Part shown: positions 34,564 to 46,060 of the stretch, piece after piece | Numbering within the stretch: the stretch's first letter is position 1 | How the letters are laid out: the number at the start of each line of letters is the position of its first letter | Position numbers and translations under genes: made by a program | The notes under the pieces: generated by a model | Seen by the model: the letters and a program-made list of their open reading frames with translations, nothing else | Database searches by the model: none | Told to the model about the DNA's origin: nothing | Origin: Basidioascus undulatus | Lineage: Eukaryota | Assembly (NCBI GenBank): GCA_000826855.1 | Contig: JTLS01000020.1 | Span: 1-46,060, forward strand | Direction: 5' to 3' | Length of the DNA stretch: 46,060 nucleotides

Positions 34564-35818
34564 TGGGTCAGATCGAATGAAAAGCCGATGGACGAGTAGG
34601 ACTAGAAACAGCTTTTTGGCGAAAGAAGAGGTGAAGAATGATGCCCGAGCGCGCTTTACGGGGTGTGTGGGCGGCTGCGAAGGGAAGGTCGAGCGGCACG
34701 CAGTGTGAGGCATGAGCGGTGATCTACGCGCTATCTCAAAGTCAAGTCAGACGAACAGAAAAGACCACGCTTCAACTGCGGTGCCATTCCGCGCTTGTGA
34801 CGCACCAAATTTCGAAACTGCGACGCAGCTTAACGGTGGTTCAACTCGCAAAAATCGGAGATGGGTGATGAAACGACCGGAACTGACCGGAGGACTAGGA
34901 CTTTCCCCTGCGTCTCGGGCTCGAAAAAATAGTTCTATGCGGTGTAAGTGTTTTTCGTGGCAAATGGCAGCCGTCTTCGCGTGACTGCAAGCAGCTTCGA
35001 AGATGGTCGCCCACTAACCTCGCAGCAACATGCCGATCCCAGATGTCATTTATTCATCAAGGGAACGGATTGTAGAGCAACTTTCGCGTCCTGTCGAGAA
35101 TACCAGAATCCCTGCAGTGTGGGCTGCGACGAGGTCAGGGCCATACTGTCAACAGTTTCGCATGTGATGTGAAACACAAGTATTACCTAACGGAGGTTTC
35201 TTCGCAGCCAAGACTAGCTCTGTTGCGTTTGCCATACCTCTTCCGGGTGAAAAGGCAGTGAGGGAGGTAACGGGTGATCTTGCTCCTATGCGAAACCGGC
35301 CGGTCATGCATGCATGGGGAGCTCTTAGGGCTCCTAGACTTAGCAAATTACAAAACAGACTTCCTTTGGCCAGCGTCCAAGGGCTTCAAAGAATGGCCGT
35401 TGGCTTCCGAGTGTTTTCATCCAGACAGGAGCTGACCACGCACCTTGCATTCATGTCAGTCACTGAGCGCCACGCCCATAGGTCACATTAACATTGGAAA
35501 GATGTGTAAAGGGTTGTTTTATATGTCTCAACCTTTGTTAGTAGAAGTACCGGGACTGTTTCGCGGTGTTGTGTTCGTTTCCGGTTTCGGCCATTTGTGT
35601 GTTTCTTTCGGGCTTTCAGAGACGACGCACGCAAGTGCACACACCGTTCCCGTCTTCCTCTCTTCTATTCCAACCATCAATTACCGCCCTGGACGGTTTT
35701 GCTCTCTTCAAGCCTTTTAAATTGATCCGTAGAACAGCGGTTCGCAGTACCGCCTTGAACCCTGGAACACTTTCCTCCCTCGATCGTTCGCTGCTTCCCT
35801 CTCCCGCTCGTTCGGGCA

Positions 35819-36959
35819 GTGTCGATCTCAAGTTCCTTCCCGTTCCCATTCTACCTCTCGAACCTCCTCGGTGTCGCAGTGGCACCCATATCGGTCGAGC
35901 CTTTCCAGGGCGGCCTCACGAACGAGACCGTCAGCGCGACCCTCTGGAGCCCGATCTCCCTCCCCTCGTCCAGCACCTCTCGCTCAAGAATCATATGCAA
36001 ATACGCTCCCCCATACGTTGCAGCCCTCGGCCCGGGACCAGAGAACGTGATGTCCGCAGACGCCCCACCTGCGGGCGGAAACGCTATGCCGAACCTCTCT
36101 GAAGTCCTCAAGCGCCACCCGATGATTCGTGTTCCGGAGCTTCTTCACATGACCACGAGCACAACATCCTCATCATGTCGGACCTCAGCCGCATCCCCAC
36201 GCTGAAACAATACCTCTCTTCCGACGTCGCTGACTTCGCGATCGACCTTGTCGGCCCTTGCGGCTGCCCCTTCGAGAACCCAATCCGCCCGCGTTGTGGA
36301 CGAGCTCTTCGCCCCCCTCCCTAGGCGGCTGCTAAGCAAGGCCGGGGTGCCGGACGCAGGCTTGCTAGATGACCGGGTGGAGCGGCACATATCGGAGAAG
36401 AAGGAGGATTGGTGCTTCGGAATCGTCGACTTAGGGACCGGGATCATCCTCGTCTGAGATGGGATAATCGGGCTGATCGACTGGGAATACGCGGGTGAAT
36501 CGCTGGCGGCCAACGCAGTAGGAATACTGACTGAGTCAAAGCTTCATTTCCATACTACCCAAGGGCGCTTACGACTGTTGCCTCTCATCCTCAGCCGCCA
36601 ACCTCCGCGTGGACATGCTCTCCCACCGCCAGCCCGTATCACTCCCAAACCATCTCAATCTTCATCACCCACCTGCTTTCGTCGTACCGCTCTTCGCTGT
36701 CCCTCACTCGCGCTCTCACTTTCACTCGCTCCGTACTCCTCGGGCACGGGCGGGAATTGACCGCGATCGAGTGTCGCAGTCTGAAGCTCGAAGATGCGCA
36801 CAACGCCGCGCTGCTAGACGCGGCGGCGAGGAGCTTGAGGGCGGCTGGGGCGGTGCGCTGAGCTTTGATGCTCTCGGGCGGGAGGAGAGTCTGCTGCGGG
36901 ATCTGTTGTTTGAGGACGCTGTAGCTTGCATAGACCGGGTCGGGCGGGGGAACTTATAG
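35819..36959 (+). pseudogene. Fungal APH/choline-kinase-like phosphotransferase relic
   Basis: FQGGLTNETV, IICKYAPPYVA, IRVPELLH-DHEHNILIMSDL, FGIVDLGTGIILV*, GLIDWEYAG. Motifs are spread across frames with stops. Confidence 0.65.
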
Positions 36960-37589
36960 ATCCGAAAGCAAGTGACCTGCTTTGCGTCGGCCTGCTGTCC
37001 TTATCGCTGTTTGTTGAGTTGATTCGAGCGGCATTCGACGATCCGTAACAGCTGCTCGCCGGTTTGGCTTGTTCCGCAAGGTTGGACAATGGCATGGAAC
37101 GCGGAAGACCAACTTACCCGGCGCCAACTTTGGATAGCTTTATGCATCTCGCCGTACAATCAGCTCTGACGGCCACACATATCATGTCTAGCGTTGCACT
37201 CCAACGAGCTGTTCCGAGCTCAGTCAACGTCAAGCGCAGTACTGCTCAGTGGCTCGCATCTCGCAATGCGCTGTGAAGCTGTATCGGAAGTACCTACGGC
37301 ACTTTGAGACAGTTCCATAAAAAACTCTTGGTGGGCGGACGGTTGAGCAAATGCACAGAATAGCGGTAAATCGAACTTCCAGGCGACGGAAGACCGTCTA
37401 TCCGAGGACTTCGAAGTTCACCAGATTTCACAGGGGGCGAGCCAGAAATTCCGAGCTAGATGCATATTACATATGTGTATTAGTAGTCTTAGGACGTATA
37501 GCATAGGTCGTCAATGCGCTCCGACCCCTTCCAAAGCGCCCCTCCCCCAACCGACGCAACCACACCCCTTCAACTGCACTCGTGCTCTC

Positions 37590-39426
37590 CTACGCAGTGG
37601 AAGTGCCAACCGCTACTCCCACTCCTCCTCCGGCTTCGGCTCCCCCACCATCCCCCTCCCCTTCTTCCACACTCGCACGGCGTTCCCCATCCACGTTGAC
37701 TTGCGTTTGCCCCGGCGGGAGCGGCTCCGAGTAGCGCCTGCGTAAGTGCCCCGCGCTGTCAGCGGATTCATACTCTTTGCTTTCAAATAAAGCCGCCGAA
37801 GTAAAAGGGACGAGACGGACGCACGGCAGGGCGTCCTTGTATCGGTCATGATCGGCGTAGTCGTGTCCTCCGCTCGCCGTGCTAGGAGCGGTGTGGTAGG
37901 CGGTCGGCGGCGGGGACGGCGGACCGGGATTGGCGACGAGGCCGGAGGAGATGCGAATGGGTACGCGAAGGTCGAGCGAGTTCCCGATGCCCTTGAAGGG
38001 CACCCGGACATCGAGAAAGTGCTGCACCTCCCCCGCTCCCTTAGCGATCGCATTCGAGACTCGCAGCCGTCCCACACAATCCCTTCCTCTAGCGGTGAAA
38101 ACTTGAGGTGAATAAGCTTACCTGCACCTCCATGTTGACATGTGCGAAGCTCGGCGCGCAGTTGAGGGTAATGTGCCCCTTGAACGTGACCTCCCTCGTC
38201 CACCTTCCCATACCCGTCCTCTTCCGCCTCAGCCGCTTCCATCTCTTCCGCTCGCCCTCGTCCTCCTCTTCCTCCTCCTCCACCCATTTCCACTCCCCGA
38301 TCTTCACATTCGCCGCCTCCCCCTGCCGACCGCGCTTCGTGTCCTTCGCGCGGACGCCGAGTCCACCTAGCGAGCCGAGCTGCTCGTTCACGGCCTGCCA
38401 CATGCCGTGGGCGCGAAGGTCGAGGTGCTGCGTAAGGTGCATCGAGAGGCCGAAGCCGGATGTGGGCGGGCAGGGGAAGACCTTGAGCGGGGGCGTGTGG
38501 GTCGGCGAGGGCAGCCGCTTGGACTGCGTGCGAATATGTAGCGCGTACGGCACGGCGGTTCCGAGGGGGAAGTTGTTGATGTAGGGTATATGAAGCTGCA
38601 ATGAATCCCTCCCATCAAGTGAGCAAGAGGTCCCTGGAAGCACGCGAACGAGAAAAATAGGCGTGCAGGAGCAGCAAGGCACGCGCAGAGGACGGACGCA
38701 CCTCGGCATGTACGATCCCATGACCCCCCACAAGCCCTCTCCTGATCTTCTTACACTCCTTCCGCATTCCCCAATCTCCATCCCACTGCCCATCCTGCGC
38801 CTCGAGTCGCGCCTTGACGACCGCGCCTTCGGGATCGCGCCTGAGCACGTTCAAGACGCGCACGATCTCCCGAGCCGTCGTCATGTGAGGCCTCCCTGCG
38901 TCGATATCGCGGGTGGGAGACGTGCGCTGCCCGAGGACGGCGAGCTGGTACTTGACCGAGCAGCCGGCGCCGTGCGCCGCGCCCCCGCCCTCGAAGCTAG
39001 GCAGAAGCATCGGGCTTGCGGGAAGCACGAGGGCGAACGGAAGGCGGAGAGTGTGCATCCCGGGAGGAGGATAGGCTTCGCCGGCGCGCCAGAGCACGGT
39101 GCTCTCATGGCAGAGGACGAGGGTCTGCTTGTCGGCTACGCCGCGCAGCGTGCCCGGGCGCTGGTCCAACTGGCTGCGCAAGAGAGAAGAATCAATGAGC
39201 GTGAGGGCGACAACGAGACGATCTCACACGGAATGTAAGAGAGAAGAACGTACATACGGAGGGTGCCGATGAGGACGACCGACACCTCGTCAATATGCTC
39301 CCTCTGCGCGACGGACAGGTCCAGCGCGACAGTGCCAAAGACCGCGTCTCCAGGGAAGAAGAGGCGGTTCGGCATATCGAGCGTCAGCGCCGGCGCTGTA
39401 GGATTGAACGAGGACGCCCTGGGCAT
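37590..39426 (-). CDS. Arrestin-like (alpha-arrestin, arrestin_N) adaptor protein, about 5 exons
   Basis: FFPGDAVFGTVALDL..IDEVSVVLIG, LWRAGEAYPPPG..LRLPFALVLP..LLPSF, SVKYQLAVLG, KIRRGLVGGHG, PSF..NMEVQ, VPFKGIGNSL. Terminal splice creates an LP|RY (LPxY) motif. Confidence 0.75.
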
Positions 39427-40509
39427 GGCGGGTCTGGACGAGCTCGAGCAAAGCGTTGAGAGAGTGCGATGGAGTTCGAGAGGACGAGAAGCCCGCCGCC
39501 GGTGTCAGCCATACATGGGAGACGAAAAAATGCCAAGATCATTGAAAAGACTTCGAAAGGGACTCCAGTCAGCGTCCAGGGCAGGCTCAGGATGCGGATC
39601 CGCTTTTTCCCGAATGGAAGAGTGGGAGGAAGAGAGCGAAGAGGGTCTCGCGAGCGCGCGACGGCCAGTCAACGTCTTCGTGCACGCTGCAGGACGGCGG
39701 CCTTTACACCCAACTGACACTATCGGCCCAATAAAAATTGCCAAGTTTTTCTCTTCATTAGATGGTTTGAATATTTATAACAAGAGTAAGTCCATCAAAA
39801 CGTCAACTAGTGAGGCCCATGGCCGCCAGGCTTCAAGAGATGAACTCTCTCGTCTTGTTCAGCTTCGCTGGATTGAAACAACCTGCAAGTCCTTGGATAG
39901 GTAACTGAAGGATTCTTAAAGGCTATGCAACGGAGCGCTCTTCCTGTCCACCGTGGAGGGTACCGCGGTTCGGATTTGCGAGCTCAGGGCAGCCCAGGCC
40001 GCAGCCGGCGCAGGCCGTTGCCAAGTACTTCCTACCCTAGAAGTATCAATGACGGACCCCTCTTAAGATCTTCATAAATGACCTTCCTTCTTCAAAGGCA
40101 CTACTTCGTACTTGTCTGCGCACGAGTCCAATCGCTGGCGACGGTTCCATCAACACTCACTCTTCCGTGGCACTGCCGACCTGAGTCCTGGCGCTCATAA
40201 GAACGCCGAAGGAAGCCTCAGAGGGTCGCAGCAGAGGCCAATAACTAAACATTACAAGGAAGAGAGCGGTATCTTATACTTCGCGATGAATCTGGAGATG
40301 AAGCAGGGACAGTGCAACGGCCAACATCTTTTAGCAGGCGATGCCATCGAACCTGTCGAGCTTGTGCATCAGAATTATCGAACGACAATGCACAAGCAGG
40401 CTTTGTATCTCCAAGAGTATAAGTATCAGCTGTGTTTGAGTCTCTTTTGTAGATTTCATACACAAGATGCCTTCGCTTGCTCTCCCCACCCCTCTCGCCC
40501 AACTCTCTC

Positions 40510-41630
40510 CTACTTCTCGTCACGGACCTTCTTCGCCAACTCTGGCTCCTCAACCTCCAGCAGCACCTGAAAGACATCCTCCAAAATGGAAGCCTTGCCA
40601 CGGAAGAAAGGAGCGTCCTCACTCTCGTTGACGCAGCGGCGTTGCTCCGCGACACAGCGTGCGAGCTCCGCGGCGCTCTTGCCTTCGAGCACGCCAACCT
40701 CGGCAAGCTCGGAGAGGATGTGGGGATTGTTGGGGGACTCTATAAGAGCATGTTCGAGGTCTGAGGGGGATATATGGTTAGTGGTTCAAACAAGCGGTAG
40801 CAAAGATGCTCGTACGCACCGTGCCTGGCCTCCTCCAGCTTTCTGAGCATCCTCCTTGTCCGCCCACGCCTGAACAGCGCCTTCATATTCCCCAGGTCTG
40901 TCTTCGCCACCAAACTGGAATCCATCTCCGAGCTCCCGTAGCTGTCAAGGCCCCAACGATCGTCAGCAAGAGCCCGATAGGAGACAATACGGAGCAAAAC
41001 CATACGCACAGGCCCAGCTGGAAGCAAGCCTGCGAGCGATTCAAGTAGTAGACAGGGTCTTGTGGAGCCAACGTAATGCACGCGGTATACAGTGTCCGAG
41101 CGTTCTTGAGGTCTCCGGTACGGAGGGTGTGGTTTTCCTGCAAGCATTACCTCGGTTGAGCGGGTGCAGGTCGTTTTGCAGGAGAAGCGCAGCCTACGAA
41201 AATTGAATAAAACCTGTTCTTTGAGCTCGAGCATCTTGGCCGCTTGCTGTTCACCAAGACCCGTGAAAAATATATCAGATTTAATATCATCCGAGCTCTA
41301 GAAGCGGGCAATAGGCACCCCAACTTACCCTCGCCCACTCCTGCTTCTCGCGCAGCATCGCTTCTCCCTGTGTCTCGCCCTCTCCTCCCACTCCCTCTCT
41401 TGCTTCTCGACGGCGTGAAGGACAAACTGCAGCTGGCTCAAACATGTGGCGTTGGAGCGTCGGGTCGCTGCCGCGGCCGAGCGACTGCAGCATTTGCAGG
41501 TGCATGGGCGAGCCGAAGAGGCCCTGCGCCTGGAGCATGCCGTCGACGTACGCCGAGCCCGTCGAGAGCGAGGCGGGGTCGTAGGGGTTACGAGGGTCGC
41601 CGGGGAGCCTGGAAATTTTTCGGGAGTATG
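40510..41630 (-). pseudogene. TPR-repeat protein, probably disrupted
   Basis: GDLKNARTLYTACITLAPQDPVYYLNRSQACFQLG, NMKALFRRGRTRRMLRKLEEARH|DLEHAL..SPNN. No clean ATG found and the first exon changes frame. Confidence 0.55.
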
Positions 41631-43383
41631 GTGGTAGTGGGGAAGAAGTGAGAGGCAACTGCGGTGGGGATCAGTCCGGTGTGCACGCGGACAGCTGCGG
41701 CTTGCCGTGTCCGATTCGTCGCGGGCCCGGGCGAAGGCTGGGAATGGAATCGTGCTTTGAATGGTTGGGCGGGAGCTCTCCTAGAAAATAACTTCACAAA
41801 AGAGCCAAGCCTAGACATGGGCAACAGCATATTGAAATCCAACGCGACCCAAGATGACAAGCGACAGGCAGGACTGTCCCTTTCACCTCCGCAAGATCTG
41901 AAGCAGTGTCACAGTCGGTCACTTGGCAGGTGGTGGTATGAGAGCCAATAAACTAGGGCATCTCTTTCGAAGGTCTTTCAGTAGGTGAGTCTGCTATGGC
42001 CCAGCCCAGTTCCGCCTCCAGTCGACCAATACAGTACGAAAGCACGATAGCAGCACCTGACAAATGAACATGCTTTGCACTCCTTTCCGGGCTCCACGTA
42101 CCAGACGTACGAGCAAGACTACCTGACAAAGGTTTACTTCAAATGATTGAGGCGTTTCTTGGCCCGATCAGGCCGCATCTCTTCTTCAAGTGGCACAGCG
42201 GCGTGAAACTCTCGACGCATGCCAACGTCAGAACGATGCGCTGCAGTTTCTACAGCGCCTCCGGCGCCTGAGGCCTAGGGGGAGGGCCCATTGAATTGTA
42301 ACTTTTATATCAAACTCATACTCCAGCTTAAGCTCGGTATGAGGGATGGGGCCGCCAATCCGGGCGTGCTTTGCACCTCCTGCGCTCGCCGGCCTCCCGC
42401 TTCTCACCATGACTGGAGACTGGTCCTCTGCACAGAAAATTTATACAGCGGTGTAAGGGAAAAAATTGAAAGCATCACCACTGTCGAACTTGCTGCCATT
42501 GAGAGTCTCGGAACGCGAGAACGCACGTTACCCGTGGGGGAAAGAAAGCACCGCAAACGTGCAGGAAATACTCGCATTCAACCGAGAGCCCTACCCAGAT
42601 CTATGTATGTTTCTACACAACATCTGGCTGTGAGTCTTCCACAAACGCAAGGAGGAAGGAGATCGGACATGCTTCTTCTGCTCGATTCAGTTTGTTCACT
42701 GGATCCTCAAGAACGTGCAACGACAAGAAGGGCCGCAACGTGGAAAACTGTCCTTTCTCTACAACATGTCAGACCTGAGACTTTCAAATTGTCAACAAGC
42801 AAGCCCAGCATTTCCGCTGTTGACCCAGCACGGACCACGCCGGCCTAGACGTCGTGGACATGCCCGCTGTACGCTGTCCGCCCGCTTAAGTTGGCTGCCT
42901 GCAGACTTTCTGCAACCTCCTGAACACGTTCGCCTGTGACTGTTGAGTGTAAAGGTGCCGTTATTTATGCAAGCTGCGCCATTTTGCGGGCAGAATCCGA
43001 GCAAGCGCGGCACAGTTGGCAACGTCGCCCGCGATGGTTTCGCGGCACTACGAGGGCCTTCCCCTTTTCGACAGCCAATTTTTCTAGTCGTCACAGGCAA
43101 TATTCACTCTTGCACCATGCGCTTCACATGGGAGGTTCTACAAGTGCCCGTTGCCGTCGTAGCCGAGGCGGGCCGAGCAGGTGATCGTTGCCCCTGACAG
43201 AAGAGGGTCACTCCCATCTCGACCGAGGCTCAGTCGCTCGCAGCCACGCCCAACATCCATAACCAGCCTCAGTCGCTTGCCTTCGCACCATCACCATCCA
43301 CTTTCGCATATTGGGCATCAACCTCTTGCACACATTTCCGCATCCGCATCTCGCATATCACCGCACCGCATCTCCACTCCAAC

Positions 43384-43960
43384 ATGTGTACGCCCGAGCC
43401 TCATTCTTCCATCTCCAGCGTCCCCCTGCCCGCTGACCTTCCCCGCCGCTGCCAGCCGACCGCTCGACGTCCTCCCCGACGCTCTCCTCCTCCTCTCTCT
43501 CGTCCCTCCCGAGCCGCCTTTCGCTCAAGATGGCCTGTGCGTCCCATCTTACTCCTACCCTCCTCCCCATGCTCATCACTGACGTCATCATCCCCGACCC
43601 ATCGACCGCCGATTAGACCCCTCCTCCTCCGCCTCGCTCTCCCCGCCCGAACGCGCAGCGCTCCTACTCGCCAATCTCCCCGACATCGGCATCCAGCTCG
43701 GCCCCGCGACGCCCCATCAGCGTCCCGTGGGCCCCGCGGGGCTCGTGTCCCATCCGGACGAGGAGGACGAGCCGTGGGGGACTTGGGAGTTTGTGAGGGA
43801 TGTGATGGGAGAGCCGAAGGTTGTGGACATCGTGAGTCGAACTTGAGAGGATGGGTGATGCTCGGAAGGCGTTGGTGGGAGGAGATGGATGAGGTTTGAC
43901 CGCTTCGGCGGGGTCGGACAGACGTCCACCGGCGTGGTGCTCGAGGTAGAGAGGCATTGA
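43384..43960 (+). CDS. Small hypothetical protein (112 aa), 4 exons
   Basis: Exons 43384-43387, 43456-43536, 43617-43831 and 43922-43960 total 339 nt in frame. Donors GTACGC/GTGCGT/GTGAGT, CTGAC/TTGAC branch points, YAG acceptors. MSDRSTSSP...EPWGTWEFVRDVMGEPKVVDITSTGVVLEVERH*. Confidence 0.7.
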
Positions 43961-44326
43961 GCGTTCGCCGTCGCATCGAGGATATGGTGCGTTGTATACC
44001 CATTTTCCCTTAGGATGTGCTACATTCGGACTGACGCCCTCAGGGGTGCTGTGGGTAGATATCTTGGCGGCGTAGGGGGATCTCCATGAGCACTTCATAA
44101 CCTGCATACAAGCATGAGTATCGACACACATCAGCATCACTTTTTGGGACAATTTTCATTCTAGCATGATAGTACCGCGTCATGCGACACTTGTTTGTGT
44201 GCCGCTTAAGTCTGCGGCCTTGAGAAAGAAAGGGAGGCAGTCCAGGCAGCAGCAGCGGCGATTGAACTCCGTCTTGTTCTGAGTAGCTTTATCCAGCATC
44301 GCCTACCGTTCCACATCCTTCCACAC

Positions 44327-44645
44327 TTAGATATGACCCACCGGAACTGTCTTGTTAGACTTCCCCGTGCAGGCACATGACGAAAGGGAAGGCGAGGTCT
44401 GAGAGACAGTGTGGCAGATGGGCAAGTAGTGGTCTAGGTAGGTAGAAGCTCGCGGTACGAGATCGATGCTGCGCCAAAGTTCAGGCTGCCCGATGACTTG
44501 TAGCTCTCTTGAGAGACATTGATATTTCGTATCTTGATGCATTCTCTGTCCGGTGGAATGCGTTGACATGGCAGCCTCACGTCTCGAGGTAAATACGAGG
44601 CAGAGACGCTACCATGCAGGCAAAGATAATGTCGGGCATTGGAGT
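44327..44645 (-). pseudogene. Possible F-box-like relic
   Basis: TPMPDIIFACMVASLP...CLSRELQVIGQPELWRSIDL resembles the start and end of an F-box. Broken by a stop. Confidence 0.35.
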
Positions 44646-44900
44646 GATCGTGGTTTGACCAGTGTACCTATCTTCATACATTCCCCGCTTGGGCGGGGAC
44701 AATGCATCGTCCAAACGGCCAGCGAAGTCGCGCTGTGCGAGACACTTGACCGTTGGACGAGAGGAGAGGAGGTCTTTCAAAGATTCAGAGTCACACGGCC
44801 GCGATTCATCAAATCAAGTCGCGTTCGCACTACCACAAATACGGCTAACGAACAGGCACAAGCGTCCCACACAGGTTAAGTCCCAGGTCAAACCTCTCTT

Positions 44901-45700
44901 CTATCTCCCATATCGTTCCATTAACAACTTAACAACGGGCTCATCGAACCGTATCTCACTCGTATACAGGATGCCGACTACCTTAGCCCGCAGAGCCTTG
45001 GGCAACGAATTTGTATCATGGCAGAGAACCCTTCGTCGCCATATCGGTAACGGTGCGGGCCGTGTATGTCGAAACCGAGAATGAGCTTGCGCAGGGCAGG
45101 CGCGCCGGCCAGAAACCGGGAGACGCCGGGAGGTCTCGCTGGAACTGCATGTCGCACGAAGCAACAGCGAGATGAGTGAGGGCAGGCGTGCCAAGGAGGA
45201 CTTCCACCTCTTGCATACCATGGAAATGGATATACGACACCGCGAGGCGTTTGACCGTTTGCGACTGATATTTTGGCATCGAGCAAAGAGCATGGTACGG
45301 TTCCCAGCACTCTCCCAGGGCGTGCAGACTGGCGAAATTGCTCGCCATTTACTGTTCCATGCAGAGGCGCCGCAGATTGCACGCACTCAAAAACAGGGCC
45401 TCTTGATCGCGATGCTCAAGGGCGCGCAAGGGCGCGGTCTGACAGAAATGAGTGAGTGAGAGCGAGTAGCGGCGAATTCGTTTCCGCGGTGTTGACGAGC
45501 TTCAATATCTTCTTGTCGCCCAATGCGGTGATCGATCCTTAGAATGTCGGCGTGGCGCGCGCGTTGAAGGAGCGCGATACGAGGCAGAGCGACGCCAGGG
45601 TGGCGGAGTTCCGGGTGTACGCGAGCGGGTGCAAGGGCGCGCCGGCCTCGGCGATGATGAGCGCCTGGATCTCAGGAAAGAGGTGAGGGACAACTACTTT
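44901..45700 (-). pseudogene. F-box/LRR-like family copy 4 (divergent), disrupted
   Basis: PHLFPEIQALIIAEAGAPLHPLAYTRNSATLASLCLVSRSFNARATPTF*. Downstream TVKRLAV, PALTHLAV and ALRKLILG lie in shifting frames. Confidence 0.65.
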
Positions 45701-45990
45701 TGATGTTTTGGTTCCGGGTTGAAAGGTAAAGCGAGTTTTATCTGGCAGGAAGCGGCTATGATCGCCAGGGTATGCAGAGCGAAGGGTGGACGTCGGGGAG
45801 CTGTGTCCGCAAAGGTCCAACCGCCGCAAGAGGTAACCCTATCCCGCCTTTCCATTCCACTTCTTCCTGGTATTCTTCTCTATGGTTCTCAGCCGCACCG
45901 GACGTGTAGTCTTTGCTTGCACTTCTTCAGGAGGGATTTCGAAACTACTGCGATAAGCAAATATTGGAAGACTTCGACATTGAAGTGGCG

Positions 45991-46060
45991 GGCGAGATGG
46001 CCGAGCGGTCTAAGGCGCCAGACTAAGGATCTGGTCCGAAAGGGCGTGGGTTCGAATCCC
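45991..46060 (+). tRNA. tRNA-Leu(AAG), truncated by window end
   Basis: GGCGAGA-TG-GCCGAGCGGTCTAAGGC, anticodon arm CCAGA-CTAAGGA-TCTGG, long variable arm with CCGAAAGG, T arm GTGGG-TTCGAAT-CCC. Confidence 0.93.

Noticed and set aside
39900..40460. Coding relic between the arrestin and TPR genes (similar stretches at 3670-4400, 20130-20630 and 41900-43200)
   Set aside because: Short ORFs without recognisable motifs or consistent splice structure, so no call can be supported.

Overview
Intron-rich fungal genomic DNA, most likely basidiomycete (inferred from short GT..CTRAC..YAG introns, an MVNLTY-start ammonium transporter and CPL1/PriA-like genes). Most entries in the ORF track are antisense or unspliced artefacts, so I rebuilt the genes by hand from splice signals. 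Apparently intact genes: a bZIP factor with a C-terminal transmembrane anchor, a TALE homeodomain factor bracketed by two inverted tRNA-Val(AAC) genes, a secreted CPPED1-like metallophosphoesterase, an L-rhamnose-1-dehydrogenase-like SDR, an Amt/Mep transporter, a PP2C phosphatase, a secreted CPL1/PriA-like Cys-rich protein, an arrestin-like protein and a small four-exon orphan. A tRNA-Leu(AAG) is cut by the window end. Between them lie many decayed genes: four clear (plus two possible) copies of an F-box/LRR-like family, the clear ones sharing an HP(L/I)xY signature; a siderophore transporter; a second CPL1 copy; an APH-like kinase; a TPR gene; and intron-retaining fragments of AFG2 and UFD1. 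No transposase, reverse transcriptase or CRISPR array was recognised. The best candidates for new biology are the ATF6/CREB3-like membrane-tethered bZIP, the tRNA-bracketed homeobox locus and the interleaved CPL1/F-box cluster. All family assignments are from motif recognition, not database searches.
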